From the NCBI RefSeq assembly GCF_006345805.1, contig NC_042998.1, positions 67,952,001-68,016,000 on the forward strand: a stretch of 64,000 nucleotides of DNA. Direction: 5' to 3'. The position numbers were made by a program, and so were the translations under genes. This document shows positions 1-13,960 of this stretch, one piece after another. The notes beneath the pieces were generated by a model. It saw only the letters and a program-made list of their open reading frames with translations. It was not told where the DNA came from and did not search any database. The stretch is from Octopus sinensis. Taxonomy: Eukaryota. Numbering within the stretch: position 1 is the first letter of the stretch; the number at the start of each line of letters is the position of its first letter.

Positions 1-960
1 ATGAATACTAATTTTCAGAGTAAACAAATTTATTTCGTGAAAATGAAATTAAATAAATACATTTCTCATTTGCATATTTACAATAAATATATCTTAGTAG
101 TTTTCAGAATGTTATCAATATAATTGCAAACTCTTTCATCGGATACCTATCTGTAAAATGTCTCGGTAACTCTCTCTTACGCACTCTCACTTTCTCTCTT
201 CCTCTTTCACCCTCTCACACTCTCTCCCTCTCATCTCCTCTTTATACCATGTAAGGTGTTATTTGAGAAATTAACCAGCTAGCCAATCAACCAACATTTA
301 TATCGGCTTTTATTATATAAAGATAAGCAATATTCAGTTCATATGCTTCTCCTCCCCTGTCACACAATAAAGGGGGAGGTCTTCATTTCTGTATGTAAGT
401 GAAACAAAAATATTCCCCAATTAATCAACTTTAAGTAAAATATTCAGATAATATTTTACCAGCCTAGAATTATGAAGTCGCTTATAGGATTTATAGTATT
501 AAATATAATGATTCATGGTAGCAATCTAATCAGATATAAAAGAACAGCTTAATTTGAAGGGAAGGCAAATAAAACACTATTATATTTCAGTACAATTGTC
601 CTCACCTGGCACTGATCTTGATTATAAAATAAAAACTGTCGATCAATCATAATCGAAGCATACCTTTTCTGAAAGAGAACTGTAATAACATTAATTCTGT
701 TGCTATGGAACATTATCACGTTGATTTCATAGAAGCAAATTGACTCTTAGTCATTTCACGTCGATAAAAATTAATACCAGTAATAAATGATCTCGACGCA
801 ATGGATTAGGTCGGGTCCTGTCGAAATTACAGGCCTCATTTCTAGTGAAATGACATCACTCTTTGTACTTATCATTTCTAGACTAGCGAATCATCAATCT
901 ACCACGAAATGAGAGATTATATCTAAAACATGAGTGGATGTGAAAATGAGGAATAATAAT

Positions 961-1021
<61 letters not shown>

Positions 1022-2589
1022 TAATAATAATAATAATAATAATAACAGCAGCAGCAATAATCATTTATGTGAAGAGTTCATTGTAGAATAAATGATGTCT
1101 GTCGTTAGAATGTTATTGTTATCAATCTTAATCGCAATAAAACAGCATGTTCCATTTCCACTGCAAACTCTAACATGTTAGCAATAGATTCATGATTAAA
1201 TCTTTGGAGGAAAATTTACGAAATAACTTTTTTTTACAAAAATATATATAGAAAAACAGCGAATTGCGACTATTGTAGTGTAAAGACGAGTGTATCATGA
1301 AGGAGATTAAAGACAATTCTGTTATAATAACAACAATAGGCACTAGTAGTAAGTGCAGTCTATTTGATGGTCAAAGATAGCATAAATCTTTTAATACATA
1401 GTGTATTTAATTAGAAGCTATTCTTTCTCAAACTCGTGGTTGGTTGTATTTTTGAAAGATTTAAACCAATAATAGTATTATTATTCTTTTTTTTTCTTCT
1501 TTTTTTTCAAAAATCTACACGAAAAGCTTGAAAACATTCTCTGTTCTTCGAATCTTTATTCATATTGTTCATCTGTCACATTTGAGGTGAATTCCCATAA
1601 ATAATCAATGATATGCTGCTCTTACACTTTTTGTTATATTTTTTTCTGTTTCATACTTTACATTTTCCCACTTTACTTTTCAAATACAAGTCTTCACTGG
1701 TCTATATTAAATATACATTATAATGTTTTATATTACATATTATTTCTTGTTTCTTTCGTTCTTTTTTTCATTTTAGATAGCGTCTCTAGCAAGATATATT
1801 ATTAATTTTAACTATTTTGTTTTTACAGTTGTGTAACTGGAAATGTAGATTTTGACTTAACTAAAAGTTCCTAATAGTATAAGAAATTAAGATATAAATT
1901 CCAAACTTTTTTCTTTTTCATTTTGGTAGGAAGTTTAATTTCAGATTGTGGATCCAATTCTTTAGTAACATTGTATTGGCATTGCAAATGAGCTGTCCAA
2001 GATAAGGAAAACAAGTTGACATATTTATCTATTATTGATTACATACCTATGAGCCACGAGATGACAAGTAATTTTGTAAAGTTTCTAAATGGTTTAATAC
2101 TCGATATATTGTTTACAGCTGCAAGCTGGCACACTACACTGAAGCCATTAGAAGGGAACTATATTTATAATCGATATTTCGTCTGCTTTCTTTTCGTATG
2201 TTGAGTCAGAAGGTCAAATCATTTCTTATCTAAAGAGAAACTTGTTCTATAAAACATCAATATTTTTATCATTATAGTTTCATATACATTTTTTAAAAGG
2301 CTCGTTTGTAGCTGCTTTTGGTCACTGTTGTTATTGTCGGATTTATTGTTGTAGCTACTGTCTTTTATCCGGCAATGGTTCTTACCCATAGGAATATCTG
2401 AACTAAGCAACAGTAAGCAACAAAACAGTCGCCAGTTATACTGTAGACACACCTCTTTTGAATAACTCAATGTATGTTCTTTTTTGTCGGCAAAGAGCAG
2501 GGAATTCGCATAGCATTTGTTTTGATGTACTTCATTGTATAGCTTTAAAGCAGCTACAGCAGCTGAAAATGACAATGCATACCTATGCC

Positions 2590-2839
2590 CATACATACAT
2601 ACATACATACATACATACATACATACATACATACATACATACATACATACATACATACATACATACATACATACATACATACATACATACATACATACAT
2701 ACATACACATATATATACATACATATATACATACATACATACGATACACATACAAAATGCCATCCATGTCTGCGGTCACGTGTACACGTACTTATACATA
2801 TTTATATGCATCTTTCCATATACACATATGTCAACATGC

Positions 2840-2878
<39 letters not shown>

Positions 2879-2918
2879 AGTATATATGTATGTATATATA
2901 TGTATGTATGTATGTATT

Positions 2919-2956
<38 letters not shown>

Positions 2957-2998
2957 TTATATATATATATATATAATATATATATATATATATACATA

Positions 2999-3030
<32 letters not shown>

Positions 3031-3070
3031 GTTGTGTGTGTGTGTGTGGTGTGTGTGTGTGTGTGTGTGT
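2590..3070. repeat. Compound microsatellite (CATA)n/(TA)n/(GT)n
   Basis: Direct inspection. Confidence 0.97.
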
Positions 3071-3599
3071 AAGCAAAAATGCATACATACGTACTCGCAC
3101 TTATGTATACATATAGACAATCAAACTTACTCTATTTGATGAATTAATTCCAAGATCTTGTTTCTAGACAAGAAATTTTCACCTTCTGTGTTAAATTCGA
3201 GTTTTTGTGAGTGGGGTTTTGTGTGTGCGTGTATGTATGTTTGTATGTGTGTACGTTTGTGTGTGTTTGTGTATGTGCGCGCCTTGTGCCAAAATTTGGA
3301 ACCAATGTGTCTTTCACGTTGTAAATATTTTTGTTGCAACGCATGATCATAGATCAAATTACTTTCCAGGCAGATTCAACGCCAAAATCTTTTTCTCGTA
3401 TTTTAACGAAAAAGGGAAATTATCATCCAAAGAACTATATTGTGCTTTGGTTGACTTTTGGAGACATTTCCTTTACCTTTCTGCTTTACTTTCCTTAATC
3501 CTCTCCAGCTGACAACTTATATCATTGATATGGTATATACACTTCAGCTGAATTGAGTGTTAGCGAACACTAGTTATTGCATCGATATTGACCGGAAAT

Positions 3600-4300
3600 T
3601 AGTGAGTGTTCGCCTTAGATTACCTTGCTCTTTCAGATCCAGTTCTCGACTGCACCCATAATGCTCAGAAGTGTTTCAGGTGTTTATCGACTTTCTTGGA
3701 TAGCCCTATAGAGTTCTGCTCTAGATTAATCATTTCTTAGCTCCGTTTTTTCTATGAATCGATTATATTATCCACAAATTCCGTGTAAATCATTAGCTTC
3801 TTACTAAATAGGAATTATAATGTAACGACTGCTTCATATCGTTTTTAATTCCGCACAACAATCTGAATCGCATGCACGTATATAAGTTGCATATTCTCGC
3901 ATTAATGTTAGTATCTATCCTCGTAAAAGTAAAAATTGTTTGGGCAATTTCATAGAAAATCTTTAGCAACTTAAAAATCTTGTGTTATTTGCCATGAATC
4001 TGCAACAGCTTGCAAAAGTTTGGAGACGGAATGCCGTGACGTATCGTGCATCTTGAGCCATGTTTTTAGAACTTGCGGAAGGTATCCGTCTTCAGATCTA
4101 ACCACAGTAGATTTCTTTCAGAAAGAAAGATAAAGGCAGACTGGCAGAAAAAAAAAGAGGAAAATATGACCCCAATGCACAGACCAAGTTAACCTCGATG
4201 GCATTTAAACTCAAAGAACCTGAGCGGTTATCGCAAATTAATCTTTCCGACGATGTAACGACTCTGCCCTTTGATCACCTCTCCTGTATAATTTATTAAA
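3600..4300 (-). mobile_element. Old RTE-like LINE RT remnant
   Basis: Minus pieces ITAQVL (DGITAEVLK-like), IIIPI (IIVPIxKKG-like) and a degenerate GFRKxRST-like segment in the expected order. Heavily mutated. Confidence 0.4.
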
Positions 4301-6466
4301 TCTCAATTATTTATTGAAGGCGTTTGCAATGGATGAAATGCTTCAAACATTGATTTCTAAAACACTAATATTGAGTTCACCCATGTCCCTAACCACATCG
4401 TCCAGTTACAACCTTAAACAGAGGTTAATTATATTCAGGATTACAGCAACATTTATTGCAATTATATTCAAACTTTTAAAATTAAAAGTACCACAAACAG
4501 AAAAATTCAATTCAGTTTCTGCCCGGTTTTTCGTTTCTTGTTTTCTGTTTTCTCTTATAAGCTCTCCATCTTTTGAAGATATATAATTTTTCTTTTTGCT
4601 TAATATTACATACCTCAACATTGTATTCCTGGTGGAATGTACATGATCGAGCTAGTCAAACTGCCAATTAAACCCGGTTTGTCTGCTTGTCGATATTTAT
4701 GTGATCTGAATATCGAAATCTATTTGTTCTGCTTTTTGTTTCCTTTTGTTTTTTATTGTTTTATTGTTTTTAATCAAATTACTTTCCTATAGTCTTTGAC
4801 ATGACCAAAATGCTTGGCATCATTAAGGTTGCTCTTGTTATAATTTTCTTTTATTTTTCCCCTTCATTTTGAAACTGTTCCATTGCCAATTTAAAATATC
4901 TTATCGAGAACATGTACTTTCTTGCTAGTAGATCGACAGAAAATCAATACCTAATCAATATTAGTTGATGATATGAATCTAACATTGAGCGCTTGTAATA
5001 ATTCTGCTACGATATATGCCGGACATAGAGAACTTTTAATCGACAAACAACTAAAATATAAATAATTCTACTACATAACAACAAAATCATTAAAACTATC
5101 CATAGTGTTAGAAGTGTGTCTTGTATTGTAATTACGATCCTGATTAATGAGTAATTTCATATTCGAAAAGCTAATTTGCTGATATATGTTGCATTTTTAT
5201 ATTAAAATATTCCTTTTAATAACAAGTCGATATCTTTTAATATTTCAAAACTAATAGTTTTGTTGTTTGGCTTTAAATAAATTATAAAAATCATAGGAAA
5301 ATGGTAATTTAATTGAACAATTTTAGATATAAAAAGTTGAATATTTCTAACTTGTCAAAAATATTGCTTTAATTAGATGTTAAGAAACAAAAGAATTATT
5401 AAAATCCAGTTATTTAGAATTTAAAATTACAATACTCTCAGAGAAGAACATTTTATTTATCTAGATAAATATATTTATCTAGAGAAATATATTTATGGAA
5501 ATAAATATATGTTACCGCGTTTACTAGGTTTAAATTTATGTATTTATTTACTGTTAATTTTAAATATTTTAGTAGATCTTACACAAATGCTAGCTAATTT
5601 CATGACATTATAAAACACTTTAAATTTCATCATACATTTTTTTAATCGATGCAGTCACTTAGTCGCCATCGATATACTCAAACAGCTATCATCAATAAAT
5701 TAAAATTTAAAAAAAATGTTTTTACTTGATTTGCTATAGATAGAGTTTAACTTCGATATATTTTCTCCTAAATAGTTATTTCTATCATTGTATCTTTAGT
5801 TATTTTTCTAATGGCAGCTATTAGTGATAGAAAAGTCAATAAGCAAACCTTTACTGTGAAGTCATGAATATTTACGAAACAAATTGAATAGAATATAGCG
5901 AAAGCCTAAACAATTTTATTACAATTTGGCTGTCTGAATTGTTTTATTCTTATCGCCTTTGTCTCTAGATATATAAATATCACTTGCAGTATATATGATT
6001 TATTTGACAAGCAAACATACTTAAATGAAAACAATTGTGAATATGTTGTTTCATTTAGAAGTCAATACCAGACATGTCGAAACACTGGTCAGTGACACAA
6101 TACACTAAATATTTAATAGTGTATCCTCAAAATGTGTCATAAACTAAATCTGGTTTTGTATTGCTTCTAATATATTCGTTACTGTCTCAGTTATCATTGA
6201 ACAAAACCTGAGATCACGGAACGATATTCAGTATGAGATTATTTCGTGTCACTTGAAACAATTTTATTCCGCAGTTGTTTATAAGAAGGCGTCTTATAAT
6301 ATCAAGTGTTATAACTAAGGCGATAAATATCAATTTTTAAACTAAGTAAATCCTCGATGGTTGTGATTAAAAAGTAATTATATGATATGTCCAAGTATAT
6401 TTTCCCGAAGCTTATGCTGCATGTCATTATTTACGGTGCAGCGGTTTCAGTAAATAAAGCCACGAT

Positions 6467-6513
<47 letters not shown>

Positions 6514-6575
6514 ATTACAGAGATATACTTGCAAAGCAGGTGACTTGATCTGAGATTGTGTGCTGAAACAGAAAC

Positions 6576-6793
6576 AATTGCTGCGTGGAAAGGGTTTATA
6601 AGCCATTTCAAAACACAAAAAATCGTTAGATTCACATCAACATTTAAATCCGTTCTGAGGTTTTGTCTGTGAACAGGTCGCGGTTTCAAAGCGACGAATA
6701 TATTTTGACGCAAATTAAATTTAAATGTTGAAGTGAATCTAACGGGGTTTTGTGCGTTTTTAAATGGCTTATAAACACCTTCCACGCTGCAAT

Positions 6794-6794
<1 letters not shown>
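6576..6794. repeat. Long inverted repeat (arms 6576-6649 and 6719-6794)
   Basis: The arms are near-perfect reverse complements (aattgctgcgtggaa...catttaaat / atttaaatg...ttccacgctgcaatt). Either a MITE or an inverted Penelope pLTR. Confidence 0.85.
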
Positions 6795-6829
<35 letters not shown>

Positions 6830-7501
6830 ATATATTATATATATATATATATAATATATATATATATATTATATATATATATATATATATATTACACCAG
6901 TATTAAAGATATTTCACGTCATGTTACAAGTAGTAATAGGGAATGTGTGTGGCTTAGTCATTGGAACATTTGGCTAACAATTGTTAGATCATAAGTTCGA
7001 TCCGACCAGGCGCATTTTATCCTTGAGCAAGGCAATTTATTTCACGTCACCCCAGTCTATTCAGCTGGCAAAAATGAGTTGTACATGTAATGTTCTATAT
7101 CATGCTGAGTTTCCTTGAGATCTACGTTAAGGGTACGCGTGTCTGTGGACTGCCCAGCAATTTCCACACTAACTTGATCGCGTCACTTGGAACACTCATT
7201 GCTACAACCGACGCTACGGCATTTACTAGAAGTAATAGAAATTGTTGTTATTGGTATCGCTGTTGTTGTTATTAAATCTCACGTCAAATGTGATACAATA
7301 GGCTGATAATCAGAGACATTCCAAGCGTACCTTCGTCCAATTATTATGAATTTACGGCTGTATTATCAAATGATGCGTTACTTTCTTAATTATGATACAT
7401 CTTTCATTGTTTAGCTCCAGGTCTGCCATGATTTAGTAGCTCAATAATCAAAATCATTCTAACAATGATCATCTCATCTGTATGTGTGTGTGTGTGTGTG
7501 T

Positions 7502-7564
<63 letters not shown>

Positions 7565-9724
7565 AGGGATTTTATTGTCAAATGAGCTCCCTGATTTATA
7601 ATATTGATATGCATTTCAGTAAATCTGACTGTTACTTATTGTGATCGAATCACCACACAGAAACTGCCGCGTTGTGTATTTCACTGTTATTGTAGCAAAT
7701 CCAGCCATTTCTTAGAAGTCGCCTTGATGGTTCTTGACAGCCTTTTTGTTTGCTGTTATATGGTTTTCCAGTTCACAAAGTTATTGATCATAAAGAATCA
7801 TATCCATTTATATTTGTTCATTATGTTTGACTTATATATTAGTCTGATGTGAAATTTTATAGCTAAGTTACCTTTAGAACCGGGCTTCAAAGTTTACATC
7901 ACTAGTTGCAATGAGTATTTCGAAAAGTACCATCTGTTTTTGAGAATCCATACAAATGTTTGTCTTCCAAAACGCATTACTCGTAATTTTGCATAACACA
8001 AATTAAAACTGATAGAAATAAGGTGTATCATAGTTTTCTGTATTTTTCTAAACGTTTCTCTTTAATCACATAGTGGTAACTTTCCATGAGAAATACTCCA
8101 GTTAATTTCATTACATCTCCAACACGTCATGAAGTCAATGTTTATGATAACCGCTGTTTTAGAACTTGTATGACATCTAATCTAATTTTATAGCAGAATG
8201 TTGCTGCCAAAGATAAATTATAGTCAGGAGGGAAAAAATCAGACAGTGTTTATGACTCTTTACGAGGCTTCCAAGACTCGTAGAAAGGAAACGAGAAGGT
8301 ATTTTCAAACCGAAGATCTAGCCCGAAGTCCGCCGAAGAGAGACAACATGCCACGTTCTAGAGTTACTACTTGGCCAACGATAGTGCCGTACATCTGTCC
8401 AACAATAGTACCGTACTTTACACCTTTCCTTGTAATTTTTAAATGCAAAAGACTTTACTGACTTGAAAACAGTTTTATGAATGGGCATTGGGATTCAGTT
8501 ATTCCAAGATGAGTTCTTTTCTTCTACTCACAGTTGTTGAGTGCTAAATGTGTCCTGTTTGGGGTATTATTTTATTTTCGCTAGAAAACTTGCGTCTCTA
8601 CTGTATATGTCCGCTGTTACCGTCTGTATTAAATATGTCCAATACTGACGTTTATGCTGTATATTTCCAATGTTTACATACTATAAATAAAATGCTTCCT
8701 AAATGACCGATCGAGGAAACAGAAATAGCAACCAAATTTTCCTAAAGGCGCACACCATAGAACAACTTTACTGTCTTTCAAGATTGAATGCTGACGACCG
8801 GAATAGATTTGTTCAATCAGTGTTCGTCTACAACTAAGAACAAAACTGCAATATCAAATACACGTGCAATGGCTGGTATTGCAAATGTCTGTTAATGACA
8901 CAGCTGTTGGTTTCAATATTCAAATGAGTTTCCAAAACTATTTCAGCGTTGTAAATATATCCATATATCATTTTCACTTGCACTAGTAACACAAACACAG
9001 TTTATGTTTATCTATAACATACATATATTATGCAGAATTATGCACATTCCACTGTTGATTCTCTTCTATATAGTTACTATATATCTACCCAACTTAGCAT
9101 TCTTCCCCCTAGTACTGTTACACTTGCCCAGCCAAAAAAATATTTTCGTTAATTATGTATCCTTTTTACGTAGGAATCTCTCAGGCTGAGAATGATTTAC
9201 TAGTTATAATTTTATATCATCTATGTAAAAAAAAAAGAAAGAAATTATGAGGCGAAGACACGGCTGAGTGGTTTGAAGTCTGACTTGAATCCATGTGACG
9301 TCAGATTCAGTCCCACTATGCGGTACCTTGTACAAGGGCCGTTCTTGCAAATGAATTTGGTGCGTGGAAACCTGTCGTGTATGCGTGTTTGTGTATCTCT
9401 ATATTTGGGTTGTACTTGTTCCCTACCATCACTTAACAACTGTTTTTTGTTGTTGTTGTTGTTTACGTCGCCTTATGTTAGCAGCTCAGCAAAAGGCACC
9501 GATAAAATACCACCAGACTTTAAACACAATGCAAAAGGAGGTTCAGGAGTGGCGGTGTGGTAAGAAGCTAGCGTCCCAACCACATGGTTCCGTGTTCAGT
9601 TCCACTGCATGGCACCTTGAGCAAGTGCCTTCTACTATAGCCTCTGGCTGACTGAAGCCTTGTGAACGGATTTGGTAGATGGAAACTGAACGAAGCCCGC
9701 CGTAGATATATATATATATATATA

Positions 9725-11346
9725 AATAATAAATATTAGGGAATAAATCCAAATTTACAGGGGAAAAAATCAGATTTAGGATTAAATCCAATTTTATAGT
9801 AAAATATTATAAAATATTATTAGAGACAAAACCACTATTTTGCAAAACAAACAAGGAAAGACTTAATCAATACATAAAATTTTAATAAATAGTCAAAAAA
9901 ACCGCCACTACAATCGTTTCTTGTCTTGATCGACAATCTTCAGGTGGACTTCCAATCTAAAAAATCAATATTTTAAAATATAAAAATAATAATTTTAAAA
10001 TAATTAAAGTATGAATGAAAAAATATAAGTATATAATCCATATATAACCTATATATAATCCATATATAATCATATATAAACAATATATAAACTAAAAAAA
10101 CCTATCAACAATTAAATATAAACTATAAAATATAAAATATAAAATATAAAACAAAACAAAAAAATAATAATAATATAATAATAAACTATATATACACCCA
10201 TACACATATACCTAATTATATATAACCATATCTAACTACATACACTAAATCACACACCTATATATATATCCCTATACATACACATAAAAACGTCTAGGCA
10301 ACTATAAATAAATAAAATAGCTAAATACTTCAACACAATACTTATTCATACTCCCACACACACACACATACAACCCACATTCACGCTCTAGAAAACGGAC
10401 ATCACTCAAAACTATGAACGGAGAAATGGAATAAATGGAATTAAAAATTATATTCACTTGGTAAAAACGAACACTACTTAAAAATTATGAATGAACAATG
10501 CAATAAAACAACAGACATCGCAAATAGACACAAATTACTACGAATTCCTTAACAAACCTATCATGATAAACCAAAAACTCATAAAAACATATAATGATAA
10601 AATCTCCCTTTACTAAACTCTATAACAAACCTATATAGCAATCCCCCTAACCTAAACATTCACACAGAAATACACACACGTAAACCACACACCCACGACA
10701 TATACAAATACCCACTCCACTTACACATACCAATACATACATATAAACCTCAACATATACTCCAAAAACCCACCCAACCCCACACAGACAATAAACACAA
10801 AAATTATGAATGGATTCTTTTATAAAACTACCATGATAAGCTAAAACTCACAAAACAGAAATGATAAAACCTCCCTTTACTAAACACTATAACATACTTA
10901 TATAGCAATCCCTTTAACCTATACATTCACACACAAAAACACACACGTAAACCACACACCCATAACAAATACAAACACCCACCCCACTCACACACACCCA
11001 CAGTACATATAAGCCTCAACATATACACCAAACAAAATTACTTTACCAAGGAACTTAACATATGTATAAAAAGTATAACCGCTCTGGAAACGAACATCTC
11101 TAAATTAATGAATGGAGAAATGGAATAAATGGAATTAAAAATAATATTCACGTGGCAAAACGAACACCACTCAAAAATTATGAATGAAACAATGTAATAA
11201 AACAACCAACATCGAAAATAGACAAATTACCACGAATTCCCTAAAAAAAACCATGATAAACCAAAACTCTTAAAAACATATAACGATAAAATCTCCCTTT
11301 GCTAAACTCTATAACAAACCTATATAATAATCCCCCTAACCTAAAC
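9725..11346. mobile_element. Non-coding hammerhead-bearing, probably Penelope-derived, insertion inside the (TA)n of a SINE
   Basis: Flanked by (TA)n on both sides. Separates a SINE head (9547-9715) from its body (11347-11680). Contains a hammerhead at 9905-9947 and about three degenerate internal direct repeats on a very G-poor + strand. Confidence 0.7.
9905..9947 (-). ncRNA. Minimal type I hammerhead ribozyme, apparently intact
   Basis: Minus strand: ccac CUGAAGA uuguc-gaucaa-gacaa GAAAC gauu GUA gugg. 4-bp helix I, 5-bp helix II, full core, GUA triplet, self-complementary helix III (ACGAUUGU). Confidence 0.85.
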
Positions 11347-11352
11347 ATATAT

Positions 11353-11387
<35 letters not shown>

Positions 11388-12442
11388 GCGCGTGTGTGTG
11401 TGTGTTTGTGTTTGTTCCCCTCCTTGACAACCGATGCTGGTGTGTTTACGTCCTCATAACTTAGCGGTTCAGCAAAATAAAGCGATAGAATAAGTACTTG
11501 GCTTACAAAGAATAAGTTCTGGGATCGATTTATTCGACTAAAGGCAGTGCTCCAGTATGGCCACTGTCAAATGACTTGACTATGTAAAAGAATAAAAGTA
11601 CCGGGATGAATTTATTTAACTGAAACCCTTCAAGTAGGTGGCCCCAGCAATTCAGTGATTGAAACAAGTAAAAGATAAAAGCAATTTATCTTTTCTCTGC
11701 CTACTTGCTGCCCCAAACATGGATGTGTGCTTAGAGAATTTGAAGTTAAACTATAGAGAAGAAACGACGCACGGAGGTATCGTATAGTCGCGTTGAAATC
11801 TTCCAATTAACTATTCCATTTTGATAAACCCAGATCATACAACTATGGGGCTGTAAGCCATTTGTTCTTCATTGCTATTTTAATGACGATCACCATGGAG
11901 AAATTAAATTTGTCGTTTTAATTGCATGCAGGAATGATTCGCGAAGCTTTTTGCAATCAACTCGAGCTGACAACATTTGCATATATTTTCATCATCCAAG
12001 CAAAATCATGTTAATAAAGAATTGTTTAATTGTTCAATAGGACTTTTAGTATTCATCTCTGCCTTCAATATCAATGGGACAATTTAGTTCGTGTCATTTG
12101 GGTTATCTTTGTGGCTTCACAACTTAAAATATCTGTTGTATATTTAAATGTTGTCTTTTAGTGGCCAGGCGTCAGTCGTTTCATATTATTCTGAGGTTTA
12201 TAATTATTGCGTCCTTAATATTCGATGGCATTCATGAAAGGAAGTACTAAAATTATTATTCTTCACATCAGTTATTTTAAACGTATCCAGATTAGTTTTT
12301 TCTTAATCTACTCGTGTCCTCTTAATTACAGATATCATCAACTCCATGATATGGTAAAAGCCTTCTTCTCCTACGACTACTGTTACTACTACTAGTAAGG
12401 CTAACAGCAACAGTAGCAGCTGCAACAGCAGTAGCACCCGAG

Positions 12443-12491
<49 letters not shown>

Positions 12492-12929
12492 CAGCAGCAG
12501 CAGCAGTAGAGGTGGCAGCGGCAGCAGCAGCAGCAGCAGTAGAGGTGGCAGCGGCAGCAGCCGCAACAGCAGCAATGATATAGATCTGCTTCCTATGAGA
12601 TTTCCATTAGCATAGAACGACCAACAACGGCGATATGAATTCTCAGATTCTTCCATCGCGCACACACACACACACACGCACATACATATATATATATATT
12701 ATATATATACTTACAAACGTACGTACACACATAAAAATACATACATATACGCATATACAAACATATAGGTGCAAATTAAGCTGGAGAAAATTGCACTCGG
12801 ATACAAAAGGCATAATAAAATATATTGTTTTACTGAAGCTGAACCATTTCATAAATTGCTGCTCGGGATGGTTAAGTCCTGTCTGATGGTCGTTTCTGTG
12901 AAACACTGATTAGATAAATATACATATAC

Positions 12930-13960
12930 ACAATGTGAATTCGAGACATTTTGAGAGCTAGCGCAGGAAAGACATTTATTAAGATCAAGGAAGTATTAAA
13001 TTCTAACCTTCTTCAATGCTCTTGGGGAAGGCCCCGTGGAATTCCTTCAAAGTGAAGGTGTTCAGGATCAATCTCATAGCTTCCTAATATCTTAAAATAC
13101 TGCCCTTAATTTTCTCCTTCAGCTTGAAGAACAACTAAATGTCACAGGCAGTAAGGTCTGGACTGTAGGATGGGTGAGTAGTTGCTTACCAGGATTTAAT
13201 TGTGGGCTGGTACGTTGTCCGTGCGCAGGTGCAATCGACCCGAGTGAAAGAGTTCTCGCTTTTTCGATAAAATCTCTCTACTCTCCTCCCTCAAAAGCTC
13301 CATGAAGTACTCTCTGTTGACCCTCTGACCAGAGGGAACCCAGTATATGATGCCCTTGAAAAAGAGGATAATCATAAGTATTCCATTGCACTTGCCTTAC
13401 CTGGCCTTCTTGAATCTGAGGAAGCCAGGATGATGTCATTGGGCATTCTATTTCTTGGTCCCTAATTCATAACAGTAAATCCAGATTTCATCACAGGGCA
13501 CCAAAGAAACTGATGAAATGCTTGGTTGGAGGTAATCACTGCTGTGACCAACGCGTCTTTCCTGCAGTTTGTCACTGAGCATCCTAGGAACAAATTTTGC
13601 ACATGTTCAGATCTTCAAGAATAATTCTGTGTGTATTTTCCATATCAACTCCAAACTGTGAGCCTATTGTTTTTATAGACACATAACGGTCTTCACTCAG
13701 AAAGTTGTAAATTTTCTTAACCAGCTCTGATGTTTTGACGTCTCTTTCTCTCCTACACCTTCCATCGTCTCTCACTCTTCTCTACCATGCTTATACCCTG
13801 ATACCAGCGCAAAATAAATACTCAGCTCATACATGTTAATACTGAAGCTGTCTGGAATATTTCAAAGGTTTCTACGGGTTTTGCCCAGTTTAACACAAAA
13901 CTTGATTGCGTAGCGAGCTCCCAAATTGTCTTGACTTCACGACTGCATTCTGTAAACTGG
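12930..13960 (-). mobile_element. Degenerate mariner/Tc1-mariner transposase remnant
   Basis: Minus ORF 13584-13775 (RDDGR...SEDRYVSIKTI...HRIILEDLNMCKICS) matches the mariner HTH/linker (EDDERSGRP...DRRxxI...HRIxxEDLxMRKIC). Boundaries approximate. Confidence 0.75.

Larger units (their letters stand above)
9547..11680 (+). mobile_element. tRNA-derived SINE family A, split by an insertion (head 9547-9715, body 11347-11680)
   Basis: Head gtggtaagaagc...cccaaccacatggttcc and body ttgacaaccgatgctgg...gaataagtac...cgactaaaggc are contiguous in other copies (22408-22810). Confidence 0.8.

Noticed and set aside
2219-3139. Overlapping 110-186 aa ORFs (MYVC/YIHT/IYIY)
   Set aside because: Translations of (CATA)n/(TA)n/(GT)n microsatellites. 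The same applies to similar ORFs at 25.4-26.7, 43.3-45.4, 55.3-55.9, 59.4-59.9 and 63.5 kb.
4070-4100. CUGAAGA + 4-bp stem on the minus strand
   Set aside because: Followed by CAAG instead of GAAA, with no helix I partner.
5779-5836. ~60-nt hairpin resembling a pre-miRNA
   Set aside because: Only an 11-bp basal stem, then a large asymmetric bulge. No recognisable miRNA seed family.
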